Shown piece by piece: positions 26,511 through 35,535 of a stretch of 64,000 nucleotides of DNA. This stretch comes from an uncultured Planctomycetales bacterium (GTDB lineage Bacteria; Omnitrophota; Gorgyraeia; Zapsychrales; JANLHA01): NCBI GenBank assembly GCA_964450385.1, contig CAYVEC010000002.1:1262-65261 (forward strand), given 5' to 3'. The position numbers were made by a program, and so were the translations under genes. The notes beneath the pieces are model-generated. The model was given only the letters and a program-made list of their open reading frames with translations, was not told the DNA's origin and ran no database searches. Each line of letters starts with the position of its first letter. The stretch's first letter is position 1.

Positions 26511-28226
26511 CTAAAGGACCCCGTTCTTCCTCAGTTCCGTTAATAAATTCTTCGTCACCCGGACCGCGTAATAACTCGACCCGCCATATTCCAAGAACAC
26601 GCAGAATGAGACGCGTTTGATGCCTTTCAGATTATATCCGGCGAACCACGCGTGGCTGTTCTTATTCGGGGCCGTCTGCGCGGTCCCGGTCTTTCCATAG
26701 ATCTCAAAACCGTCCATGTTCAAGATCCGCGCCGTGCCCTGCGGGCTCACGATCGCGAACCGGAGTCCCTGATGGATCAAATCAAAGATCTCCGGACCGA
26801 TCTTAAGCGGCCGGGCGGTTGCTGCCTGGACCACCGGCTGATCATCGATCGCCCGAATCAGATGCGGCTGGACCATCTGCCCGTTACGGGCCACGATGGC
26901 CATGAGCCGCGCCACCTGGATCGGGGTCGTCAAGATATCTCCCTGGCCGATGGAGAAATTCAACGTATCCCCCTTGAACCATCCGAGATTGTATTTTTTC
27001 TTCCGAAAGGCCTTATTCGGGACCTGGCCGTTCTCCTCGGCCGGAAGATCGATCCGGCTCTTTTCACCAAGCCCGAACAGGCGGGCATATTTATACATGA
27101 TCTCGGAATCCAAAATCAGTCCCAGATTGTAATAAAACACGTTGCACGAGTGGCCCAGAGCCTGAAGGATATTCTGATCGTAATGAACATGGGCGCAGCG
27201 AAAACGGCGCCGGCCCAACTGATAAAAGCCCGGACAATGAAATGTCGTGTGCGGCGTGATCTTCCCCGTGTGCAGCCCGGCGACAGACATGACCGTCTTA
27301 AAGACCGAGCCCGGGGGATACTGCCCTTTAATGACACGGTTCAACATCGGCGCGTTCGCGTTCGTAATGAGGGCCGCCCGCTCTGATCCCCGCCGGTCCT
27401 CACTAAAGACATTCGGATCAAACCCCGGCGCACTGATCAGGCCAAGGACCTCCCCGGTATCGATATCCATCACCACAACCGCGCCGGCCCGGCCCTCGAG
27501 GGCCGCATTCGCCGCCTGCTGGATCCGCGTATCGATCGTGAGATGAATATCACGTCCGCGTTTCGGTTCCCGGATGCCCAACAGTCGGACCTGCTGCCCA
27601 CGGCTGTTCACCTCGATCTGAAGCCCCCCCTCCTCGGCCATCAGATAATGATCATAGTATTCCTCAACGCCGGAATATCCGACGATGCTCTGCTGCGAAT
27701 AGCCATAGTCTTTCAATTTTTTGACCTTAGCGCTATCGATCTTGCCGACATACCCCAAGACATGCCCTCCAATCTCTCCGAAGAGATATGAACGGCGGAA
27801 CATCTCCTGGATATGGAGCCCCGGGAACCGAAAACGGTTCTCTTCCAACACCATAGCCGTCTGTTTATCGATATCATCGACGATCACAACCGGAGCGAAG
27901 GGCGTCTGTCGGCGCTGCGTGAACTTCTTAACAAGGGCATCAGGCGTGGTCTTAAGCACCCGGGCTAAAAAGGCGAACAACTCATCACGGTCTCGGATGT
28001 CCTGAGGGACCACCGCGACATTAAACGAGAGACGGTTCCCGGCGAGAACCTCGCCCTGACGATCAAAGATCCGGCCGCGCTGACCTTCCATGGGAACAAC
28101 ACGAATCCGATTGCTCACGCTCAACTGATAATAGCGCCTGCCCTGAAAGGCCTGCAGATGAATAAGGGCAGCCGCCAGGATGACAAATAAGACCCAAACG
28201 ATTATGCGAATAATTTTAATGCGCAT
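26511..28226 (-). CDS. mrdA: penicillin-binding protein 2 (elongasome transpeptidase)
   Basis: It has a TM anchor 'IIVWVLFVILAAALI', a PBP dimerisation domain and a transpeptidase domain. I chose the start at the internal 'MRIKII'. The ORF track extends to 28397. Confidence 0.85.
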   Translation of the reverse strand: MRIKIIRIIVWVLFVILAAALIHLQAFQGRRYYQLSVSNRIRVVPMEGQRGRIFDRQGEVLAGNRLSFNVAVVPQDIRDRDELFAFLARVLKTTPDALVKKFTQRRQTPFAPVVIVDDIDKQTAMVLEENRFRFPGLHIQEMFRRSYLFGEIGGHVLGYVGKIDSAKVKKLKDYGYSQQSIVGYSGVEEYYDHYLMAEEGGLQIEVNSRGQQVRLLGIREPKRGRDIHLTIDTRIQQAANAALEGRAGAVVVMDIDTGEVLGLISAPGFDPNVFSEDRRGSERAALITNANAPMLNRVIKGQYPPGSVFKTVMSVAGLHTGKITPHTTFHCPGFYQLGRRRFRCAHVHYDQNILQALGHSCNVFYYNLGLILDSEIMYKYARLFGLGEKSRIDLPAEENGQVPNKAFRKKKYNLGWFKGDTLNFSIGQGDILTTPIQVARLMAIVARNGQMVQPHLIRAIDDQPVVQAATARPLKIGPEIFDLIHQGLRFAIVSPQGTARILNMDGFEIYGKTGTAQTAPNKNSHAWFAGYNLKGIKRVSFCVFLEYGGSSYYAVRVTKNLLTELRKNGVL

Positions 28227-28687
28227 TCTTTCAACTTTCGAAAAACAAATCCTGCCACGACCGTCGTGGCGATCAGCTCCGGCAATAAAATCGAGGATAG
28301 AACCTGGCCCCAATCGATCGGCACAAAAAAGGAACGCACCGCGCCCTGAAGAATCACATAGAGGATCGTCACGACGAAGACAATAAAGACCCGCCATCCT
28401 CCGGAACCGGGGATATAAAAATACATTTTCACGAACGAGGCAAGGCAGGCGCTCCCCATAAAAACAAAAATATGGAGACCGAAAAGGTCCGCACTAAAAC
28501 AATCACGGAGCAGACCGGCCCAGAAGGCCGTCAGCATCCCGTAGCGGATCCCCCGATAAAGATTAAAAAAGACAACCGCCGTGATCAACAGGTTCGGCCT
28601 AAACCAGCCGCCGAAACAGTCGATCAGAACCTGCTCAATGACAAATAGAGCAACAACGACCAGGGCAATAATCGCAGTATTTCTCAT
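28202..28687 (-). CDS. mreD: rod shape-determining protein MreD
   Basis: The 161-aa polytopic membrane protein lies between mreC and mrdA. Confidence 0.7.
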   Translation of the reverse strand: MRNTAIIALVVVALFVIEQVLIDCFGGWFRPNLLITAVVFFNLYRGIRYGMLTAFWAGLLRDCFSADLFGLHIFVFMGSACLASFVKMYFYIPGSGGWRVFIVFVVTILYVILQGAVRSFFVPIDWGQVLSSILLPELIATTVVAGFVFRKLKECALKLFA

Positions 28688-28707
28688 CCAGCCCTCACAT
28701 CACAGAT

Positions 28708-29493
28708 TCATTGGCGATGAAGGATCAGCACTTCTTCAAGCTGAGACACGGCCACGGCAGGTTCAATAAGACAATCAACAGTCAGGCTATTGTTGTCGAT
28801 CCGGACATCGATGACCTGGCCGATGACCAGCCCCTCAGGGAATGACGAACTCAGTTTTGACGTGATGACCACGTCCCCGTTCTCAACGTCGGCCTCAGGC
28901 GCAAGATAGCGCATCCGGTTCTTGGATTGAAGAGTCCCCGAGATCAGCCCGACCTCGCGCGACCGCTTCACCGTCCCAACGACGGAGAACCCGGGATCGG
29001 TCAGGAGAACGACCTTGGCCTTCGTCTCGCCGACCTCGGCGACCTTCCCCACCACCCCCAGGGCACTCACGACCGGCATGCCGACATCGACCCCGTCCTG
29101 TCGACCGCGGTCAACGACAAGCATCGAATTCCAATTCGTCGAGTCCCGGCCGACGACATTCGCCGCGATCGATGCGAAGACCTGCCGTCGTTTAAAATCA
29201 AGCAGCTGAGCCAGCCGATTATTCTCCCGGACGATCTCATCGATGCCGAGGACCCGCTCGGTGAGAAGGGCATACTCCAACTTCAGGTCCTGATAGGCCT
29301 GATAGGTCTGATGATAGGTCACGATCTTCTTGACCTCATGGAAAATAACCGAAACAACCCGGATTGGGGCGAGCACGGTCTGAACAACGGCAAATTTAAG
29401 CGGGACGACAAGAGACGGACGGATAAACAGCAGCAGGAACGCCGCGAGAAGGAAAAGAGAATAGGTTATGAATTTCGGATTTCTTCGCGACAC
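28708..29493 (-). CDS. mreC: rod shape-determining protein MreC
   Basis: The 261-aa product has an N-terminal TM helix, a coiled coil and beta-domains. Confidence 0.85.
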   Translation of the reverse strand: MSRRNPKFITYSLFLLAAFLLLFIRPSLVVPLKFAVVQTVLAPIRVVSVIFHEVKKIVTYHQTYQAYQDLKLEYALLTERVLGIDEIVRENNRLAQLLDFKRRQVFASIAANVVGRDSTNWNSMLVVDRGRQDGVDVGMPVVSALGVVGKVAEVGETKAKVVLLTDPGFSVVGTVKRSREVGLISGTLQSKNRMRYLAPEADVENGDVVITSKLSSSFPEGLVIGQVIDVRIDNNSLTVDCLIEPAVAVSQLEEVLILHRQ

Positions 29494-29516
29494 ACATTAA
29501 AGTCTTCTAAACCGGG

Positions 29517-30593
29517 TTAATTAAAATCTAATTTCGTCGGAACCACCAATCGCCGACGCAGCCGAAGCGGCATGTTAAGCATCTGGCCTGTCCCCAACAC
29601 AACCGCGGTCATCGGGTCATCGGCGATATGCACCGGCAGTCCCGTCTCTTCCGCGATGCGGCGGTCCAGCCCGCGCAGGAGCGCCCCTCCGCCAGCCATC
29701 ACAACGCCCCGGTCAATAAGGTCCGAGGCGAGTTCCGGCGGGGTGTTCTCCAGGGTGGCCTTCGAAGCCTCAACGATCGCCTGGACCGGCTCCTGCAGGG
29801 CCTCACGGATCTCTTCAGATGTCACGGTAATGGTTTTCGGTAAACCGGCAATAAGATCTCGCCCCCGCACATCCATGGTGAGCTCTTCCTCAAGCGGATA
29901 CGCGGACCCGATCCGAATCTTGATCTCCTCAGCGGTCCGTTCACCGATAAGCAAATTATATGTCTTCTGTAGATAATCAATGATCGCCGCATCCATCTTG
30001 TCCCCGGCCACACGGATCGACTTGGCGTAGACGAGTCCACCAAGCGAAATAACCGCGTACTCCGTCGTACCACCTCCGATATCAATGATCATGTTTCCGG
30101 CCGCCTCTTCAACCGGAAGCCCAACCCCGACGGCCGCGGCCTTGGGTTCTTCAATCATCTCCACCGAGCGGGCCCCGGCCTGACGGGCTGAATCATGGAC
30201 CGCGCGTTTCTCGACCTCAGTGATCCCTGACGGAATAGCAACCACCATCGCAGGACGCATGAGGACCTGGCGTTTATGGACCTTTTTGATGAAATATTTC
30301 AACATCGCCTCGGTCACCTCAAAATCCGAAATGACCCCGTCCTTCATCGGCCGGATCGCCACAATGCTCCCCGGAGTACGTCCCAACATCTTTTTCGCCT
30401 CATCGCCCACGGCAACAACACGATTCGTCTCTCGCTCCATGGCCACAACAGACGGCTCACACAGTACAACGCCCTCGCCCTTCAGGTACACCAAGGTCGT
30501 GCACGTCCCTAGGTCGATCCCCATGTCATTGGAAAATAACCCAATGATATAATCGAACAACTGTTTCAAAATTCTAAGAATTTTAGAAACCAT
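29517..30593 (-). CDS. mreB: rod shape-determining actin homologue MreB
   Basis: The 358-aa product reads '[17 protein letters not shown]...' (actin fold). Confidence 0.9.
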   Translation of the reverse strand: MVSKILRILKQLFDYIIGLFSNDMGIDLGTCTTLVYLKGEGVVLCEPSVVAMERETNRVVAVGDEAKKMLGRTPGSIVAIRPMKDGVISDFEVTEAMLKYFIKKVHKRQVLMRPAMVVAIPSGITEVEKRAVHDSARQAGARSVEMIEEPKAAAVGVGLPVEEAAGNMIIDIGGGTTEYAVISLGGLVYAKSIRVAGDKMDAAIIDYLQKTYNLLIGERTAEEIKIRIGSAYPLEEELTMDVRGRDLIAGLPKTITVTSEEIREALQEPVQAIVEASKATLENTPPELASDLIDRGVVMAGGGALLRGLDRRIAEETGLPVHIADDPMTAVVLGTGQMLNMPLRLRRRLVVPTKLDFN

Positions 30594-30710
30594 ACGTTCC
30601 CCTTGGTTGGCTTGGGTTTCCCCCTCTTATATCCTGATAAGGCGAAACACAATTTTTGGTAAGTTCTTATACTGTAATGATTAGTATATTAAAGGAAAAC
30701 AAATTTCGAG

Positions 30711-32033
30711 TCAACGCTTTTTCAATGATTTTCCCGTGCCGGCACCGGAAAATCCCGATATAGGCGCACCCAATGAGGCAAGGTGCTCAAGAAAATCCGG
30801 ATAAGACTTGGTGATGCATTCCGTATCCCGAACCGTCAGACCCAGTTTCATACCTAACACACAAAAGGCCATGGCCAGACGGTGGTCATGATGGGGATCG
30901 AGCTCAATATCACCATGATACTGATCAGGCCTCGGCACCACGGTGAGAGAATCCTCGGTCTCATGGATCTCGGCCCCGATCTTTAATAATTCCTGCCGGA
31001 GGTCCGAGATCCGATCGGACTCCTTGACGCGCACGTGCCCGATATCCACAAAACGCGTTCGGCCCTTGGCGAAGAGCGCGGCAACGGTCAGGATCGGAAG
31101 CAGGTCCGGGCAGGTCCGCAGGGAAAAGGTCCCGCCTCGGAGCGGCACAGGTCCAGAGACGACGAGTTTTTTCACAGCCTTTTTGACGACAATCCCCATC
31201 CGGGCGGCGATCTCAAGAATGCGGCCGTCGGCCTGGATCAAGGCATCATCAAAAGCACCCTCTAAGGCCAAAGTCGACTCGGTCAACGCCGCGGCCACAA
31301 TCCAAAAGGCCGCGAGTCCATAATCCGACGGAACATGGAAATTTTTTAGTCCTTGAAATCGTTGCCCTCCGGGGATCACGTACGTCCGGGGTCCCTTGCG
31401 CTCGATCACAACCCCGGCTCTGGCCAAAACCTGGCAGGTCATCACAATATAATCGGTCGACACCACCCGCCGGCCAGCCACTCTCACGATGCTGTCTTCG
31501 TTCAGCATCGGCAGCGCGATGAGCAGGGCCGAAACGAATTGAGAGCTCAATGTTCCATCGATCGTAATCCGGCCCCCGCGGAGCGCCCCGCCGCTAAAAA
31601 CGATCGGCACACTGTGCCCGGGGCCAGTGCCCACAACATCAACCCCCAACGATGTGAGCAGCGTTACAAGATGCTGATTCGGACGGCCCTTCAGCGTCCC
31701 CCGGCCAGCCACAACCGTGCGACACCCGGTCAAGGCCACAAGCGGCAGGACCATCCTTAAAGCAGTTCCGGATTCGCCGACATGGATCCGACGCGCCGCT
31801 GTCAAGGAACGAGCGGCGCGAACACGAACCCCCTTGCCCTGACAAGAGACCTCTGCGCCGAGCGATTCCGCGACCTTGACCGAGACGAGGGCATCATCAC
31901 AAGTAGACGGAGAAATAATGCGTGAACACCCGCCGCAGGCCGCGATCACAAACGCGCGCACCGAATATGATTTTGACGCCGGCAGGGCAATCCTGCCCCT
32001 GAGGCGTGCTGTCCTAAAAAGCCGTGTCTTCAT
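30711..32033 (-). CDS. aroA: 3-phosphoshikimate 1-carboxyvinyltransferase (EPSP synthase)
   Basis: The 440-aa product has 'LPASKSYSVRA', the EPSP synthase signature. Confidence 0.85.
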   Translation of the reverse strand: MKTRLFRTARLRGRIALPASKSYSVRAFVIAACGGCSRIISPSTCDDALVSVKVAESLGAEVSCQGKGVRVRAARSLTAARRIHVGESGTALRMVLPLVALTGCRTVVAGRGTLKGRPNQHLVTLLTSLGVDVVGTGPGHSVPIVFSGGALRGGRITIDGTLSSQFVSALLIALPMLNEDSIVRVAGRRVVSTDYIVMTCQVLARAGVVIERKGPRTYVIPGGQRFQGLKNFHVPSDYGLAAFWIVAAALTESTLALEGAFDDALIQADGRILEIAARMGIVVKKAVKKLVVSGPVPLRGGTFSLRTCPDLLPILTVAALFAKGRTRFVDIGHVRVKESDRISDLRQELLKIGAEIHETEDSLTVVPRPDQYHGDIELDPHHDHRLAMAFCVLGMKLGLTVRDTECITKSYPDFLEHLASLGAPISGFSGAGTGKSLKKR

Positions 32034-32875
32034 TGTTCCTTGATAACGGCAAGATCATCCAGAGAGACCCCCTGGCTCGTCAAGGGCGGGACGAAATCCG
32101 CAGCCGCCATGTCCTGCTGCACGCGTGTCACTCGGAGATCTCCGATGTATTGATCATCGCGACGAACCTCAAGAAGCATCCCTTCGGTCAACCCGTCCTG
32201 CTGGCCCAGGCGGACAATGACAAAATCCGCCTCGTTGTCGATCGAGACGATCTTTCCCTTGGTGGCAACCCCGGGATTCACCACGATCGTTTCAAGCTGA
32301 ACCCCACCCCCACCCGTGACGTTTGAGCCGGACGAGCTAACAAGAGCCCCCTCGGAGACACGCTTCTCCGCTTCCTGATATCGTGTGATCGCCTCGGCCA
32401 GCTGTCGGCGAAGGTCCTGCAGCGACGCCTCATGCTCCTGTGCATCATCCGCCATCTTCGTCTTTAACTCCTCATGCCGTTTTGTCAATCCGGTCAGCGA
32501 GGCCTCGATCTCCTGTTTCTCTTTTTTAAACTCTTCGGCCAATCCCTCGCGGAGGTCCAGCTCTCCCTCGAGACGTTCAATCTCGGTCTCTGCCTCCTTG
32601 AGCTTTTGGTCCAAAAGCTGTTTCTGCCGGCCGGTCTCTTTGAGGTCATTTTCAACCACGCTATACTGCGACTGAACCTGCGCGAGCGCCGCCTCGAGCT
32701 CCTCGATCCGGCGCGCCTCTTCGAAATAAAAGAAAACAGCGATCGCGGCGACGGAAACAAGCAAAATAAAGATCACCACCAAAAAAACCGTCAATGTCTT
32801 CCCTGATCGTTTGCTCATGGTCCCCCCTGTGCCAAAAAAATCTTTTGTCTTTATTATAAATTCCCTCATGGTCAA
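32030..32875 (-). CDS. membrane-anchored coiled-coil protein with C-terminal beta domain (unknown function)
   Basis: The 281-aa product has a TM helix 'LTVFLVVIFILLVSVAAIAVFFYF' and about 130 aa of Glu/Leu/Lys-rich coiled coil. The C-terminus 'GKIVSIDNEADFVIVRLGQQDGLTEGMLLEV' looks like a small beta-barrel module. Confidence 0.4.
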   Translation of the reverse strand: MTMREFIIKTKDFFGTGGTMSKRSGKTLTVFLVVIFILLVSVAAIAVFFYFEEARRIEELEAALAQVQSQYSVVENDLKETGRQKQLLDQKLKEAETEIERLEGELDLREGLAEEFKKEKQEIEASLTGLTKRHEELKTKMADDAQEHEASLQDLRRQLAEAITRYQEAEKRVSEGALVSSSGSNVTGGGGVQLETIVVNPGVATKGKIVSIDNEADFVIVRLGQQDGLTEGMLLEVRRDDQYIGDLRVTRVQQDMAAADFVPPLTSQGVSLDDLAVIKEQ

Positions 32876-32895
32876 GTAAAGGACTAAAGGGGAAA

Positions 32896-33834
32896 TTATT
32901 CGCGCCCTGATTTCGACCCTGGACGAAAATCAAGAAATTCTTGAGGAACAGGCGTTGAGATCTCCATCCACCAGCGGTGGACAGGATGCCAAAAACCGAT
33001 CGACTGGGCATGAAGGGCGAGCCGTCCAAACGACCGGCGGTCCCCGTATTTATCATCCCCGAGGATCGGATGCCCTAAATATTTCATGTGCACGCGCAGC
33101 TGATGTGTTCGGCCTGTCTTCGGAAATAGTCCAACGAGGGTCGCGGCCCCGGAATCAAGACGCCGAATCACCCGATAGACCGTCTCCGCCTCGCGGCCGT
33201 CCTCATCATCCTCGTCCGCGACGCTCTTGCGGTCAAAATAGACCGGATGCTGGCCGAGAGGCGCCGTGATGACCCCTTCGTCAAACTCGATCTTCCCCTT
33301 GACCCAGGCGATATATTTTTTCTGGACGCGGTGATGCTCAAACTGCCGCGCCAGCTGCTCGTGGGCCTCATTATCCTTCACCACCAAGATCACCCCCGAC
33401 GTCTCTCGATCGAGCCGATGCACGATGCCAGGCCGATTCTCATCATTCACCGTTGACAATGTGGGGCAATGATGAAGAACGGCGTTCACCAAGGTACCGG
33501 TCAACGCCCCGTGGGCCGAATGAGTGAGCATCCCGGCCGGTTTCTCGATCGCGAGAAGCGACGCGTCCTCATAAAGGATCGTGAGCGGAACATCTTCGGC
33601 CTCGAGCCGCGCCGCGTCGGCCTGCGGCTCAATATGAACGGCGACGGTCTCCCCCTGTCCCAGGCGGTGGTTCGCTCTCGTCGGATGGCCGTTCACCAGG
33701 ACCGCCCCCTGCTCGATCAGGCGCTGGGCCGCCGTGCGTGACGGGATATACCCCGTCTGCTGAGCCAGAAAGACATCGATCCTGACCCCGGCAGAGACCT
33801 CATCAATGATAAACGATAATTCAGACACGCTCAT
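32896..33834 (-). CDS. rluD: RluA/RluD-family 23S rRNA pseudouridine synthase
   Basis: It has an N-terminal S4 domain and the catalytic motif 'HRLDRETSGVILVVK'. The start is probably the internal 'MSVSEL'. Confidence 0.78.
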   Translation of the reverse strand: MSVSELSFIIDEVSAGVRIDVFLAQQTGYIPSRTAAQRLIEQGAVLVNGHPTRANHRLGQGETVAVHIEPQADAARLEAEDVPLTILYEDASLLAIEKPAGMLTHSAHGALTGTLVNAVLHHCPTLSTVNDENRPGIVHRLDRETSGVILVVKDNEAHEQLARQFEHHRVQKKYIAWVKGKIEFDEGVITAPLGQHPVYFDRKSVADEDDEDGREAETVYRVIRRLDSGAATLVGLFPKTGRTHQLRVHMKYLGHPILGDDKYGDRRSFGRLALHAQSIGFWHPVHRWWMEISTPVPQEFLDFRPGSKSGRE

Positions 33835-34564
33835 GTCTCCGATGGATGTGCCAGAGCACGGCCCCGACCGCAATGATCCCGAACGCCACATATTGAAAAA
33901 CGCTCAGCCCTCCCCAGAGGGCCATATGATCCGCGCGAAAGAATTCAATAATGAACCGTTTCACCCCGGCCAAGACACAATACGCTGCAAAGACACGGCC
34001 GACAGGCGGTCGACGCCGCTGATAAATTTTGAGCACAAGACAAATCACAACAAGGGCCGCCGCGGCATAAAGCTGTGTCGGATGAAGATGATCATGATGG
34101 ACCGGAAAATAAACCCCCCACGGGACAGGACGGCCATAACAGCATCCGTTCAAAAAACATCCGATCCGCCCGATCCCATGTCCGAGAGCGAGATACGGGG
34201 CCGCCATATCAAGGACCTTCCATGCCGGCCAACGCCGACGGTAAATGATCCATGCTCCCGTAAGCGCCCCGCCGATAAGACCGCCTTGGAAGGCAAGCCC
34301 TCCATGCTGAAGCATGATCATTTCAAGAGGATCTTGAGCAAAGAAGGACCAATTGAGGATAATATAAAAAACCCTGGCCCCGGCGATCCCGCCGAGAAGG
34401 GTCCAAAAGACCAGATCAACAGCCGCCTCACGCTCGATGCCGAGCCTTCGGGAGGCATCACGACCAAAGAGCCACCCGCAGACGACCGCGGCCACCGCCA
34501 ACATCACACCGTAGGAATAAATCGTGACCGGACCGATCTGCCAGAGAACAGGAATCACCGACAC
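33821..34564 (-). CDS. lgt: prolipoprotein diacylglyceryl transferase
   Basis: The 247-aa polytopic membrane protein has the Lgt signature region 'HPTQLY'. Confidence 0.82.
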   Translation of the reverse strand: MSVIPVLWQIGPVTIYSYGVMLAVAAVVCGWLFGRDASRRLGIEREAAVDLVFWTLLGGIAGARVFYIILNWSFFAQDPLEMIMLQHGGLAFQGGLIGGALTGAWIIYRRRWPAWKVLDMAAPYLALGHGIGRIGCFLNGCCYGRPVPWGVYFPVHHDHLHPTQLYAAAALVVICLVLKIYQRRRPPVGRVFAAYCVLAGVKRFIIEFFRADHMALWGGLSVFQYVAFGIIAVGAVLWHIHRRHERV

Positions 34565-34610
34565 CCTCCCTTCGATCTCGACCGGGACGGATGATCCATC
34601 GATCCCCGGA

Positions 34611-35111
34611 TCACGATTTCACCGGCCAGAGGCATTTCCAGGCAATGAGGATCGCGCCGATCGTAATCGCGCTATCGGCGATATTGAAGACCGGCCAGAT
34701 ACGAAAATCAATGAAATCGATCACATACCCATAGATCACCCGGTCCACAAGGTTCCCCACGGCGCCGGCCAGGATCAAGGCAAAGCCGACGACGTAGCCA
34801 AGACTAAGATCCTCGCCATGCCAGCGGTAATAATAAATGTTATAGATGAGAAGAATGGTCGCGATGACCGGAATGATAATAAAGACGGTCCCCTGGTCCT
34901 TAAAGAGACCGAAGGCGATACCGGTATTATGGACAAGCGTCATATGAACGACATTCCGAATCACCGGCAATGACTCGCCCACCGTGAGGACGTCGGAAAA
35001 AAAATTTTTTGTAAGCCGATCCAAAAAAACAACCACGAGCGCAACCATGACCGCCACGATCAGATCAAAATAAGACCTCAGGATATGTTTCATACTCTCG
35101 CCTGACGACAC
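34611..35111 (-). CDS. lspA: lipoprotein signal peptidase II
   Basis: The 166-aa product has four TM segments and the 'FNIADSAI' catalytic Asp motif. Confidence 0.85.
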   Translation of the reverse strand: MSSGESMKHILRSYFDLIVAVMVALVVVFLDRLTKNFFSDVLTVGESLPVIRNVVHMTLVHNTGIAFGLFKDQGTVFIIIPVIATILLIYNIYYYRWHGEDLSLGYVVGFALILAGAVGNLVDRVIYGYVIDFIDFRIWPVFNIADSAITIGAILIAWKCLWPVKS

Positions 35112-35114
35112 GCC

Positions 35115-35516
35115 TTAAAGATTCTTTTTGGCGTCGATCTCCTCCTGGCACTTCACACAGTTCTGCGCGTAGGGCAAGGCCTTAAGACGCGCCATCGGGA
35201 TCGGGCCCTTACACCGGATACACTGACCAAACGCGCCGTCTTCAATACGCTTCAGCGCGTTCTCGATCATCTGAAGCCGCTCGCGGTCATTCGATGCGAG
35301 GTTGAGCGAAAATTCGCGGTCATACATTTCTGTCGCGGCATCGGCCATGTGCATCCCGTGGCCGACGCTGTTTTCGGAACCCGCGCGATGCTCTGCCGAA
35401 TTATCAGCATCCATATTCTTGATGTCATGCAGGATATTCCCCTTTAACTGCATGAGCGTGACCCGAAATTGCTCCACCTTTTTATCATCCCATTTTGTAT
35501 CCGGCATCCAATACAC
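35115..35516 (-). CDS. DksA/TraR-family C4-type zinc-finger protein
   Basis: The 133-aa product has a C-terminal 'CIRCKGPI...CVKCQ'. Confidence 0.7.
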   Translation of the reverse strand: MYWMPDTKWDDKKVEQFRVTLMQLKGNILHDIKNMDADNSAEHRAGSENSVGHGMHMADAATEMYDREFSLNLASNDRERLQMIENALKRIEDGAFGQCIRCKGPIPMARLKALPYAQNCVKCQEEIDAKKNL

Positions 35517-35535
35517 TCCTTGTTATCACCACCAA

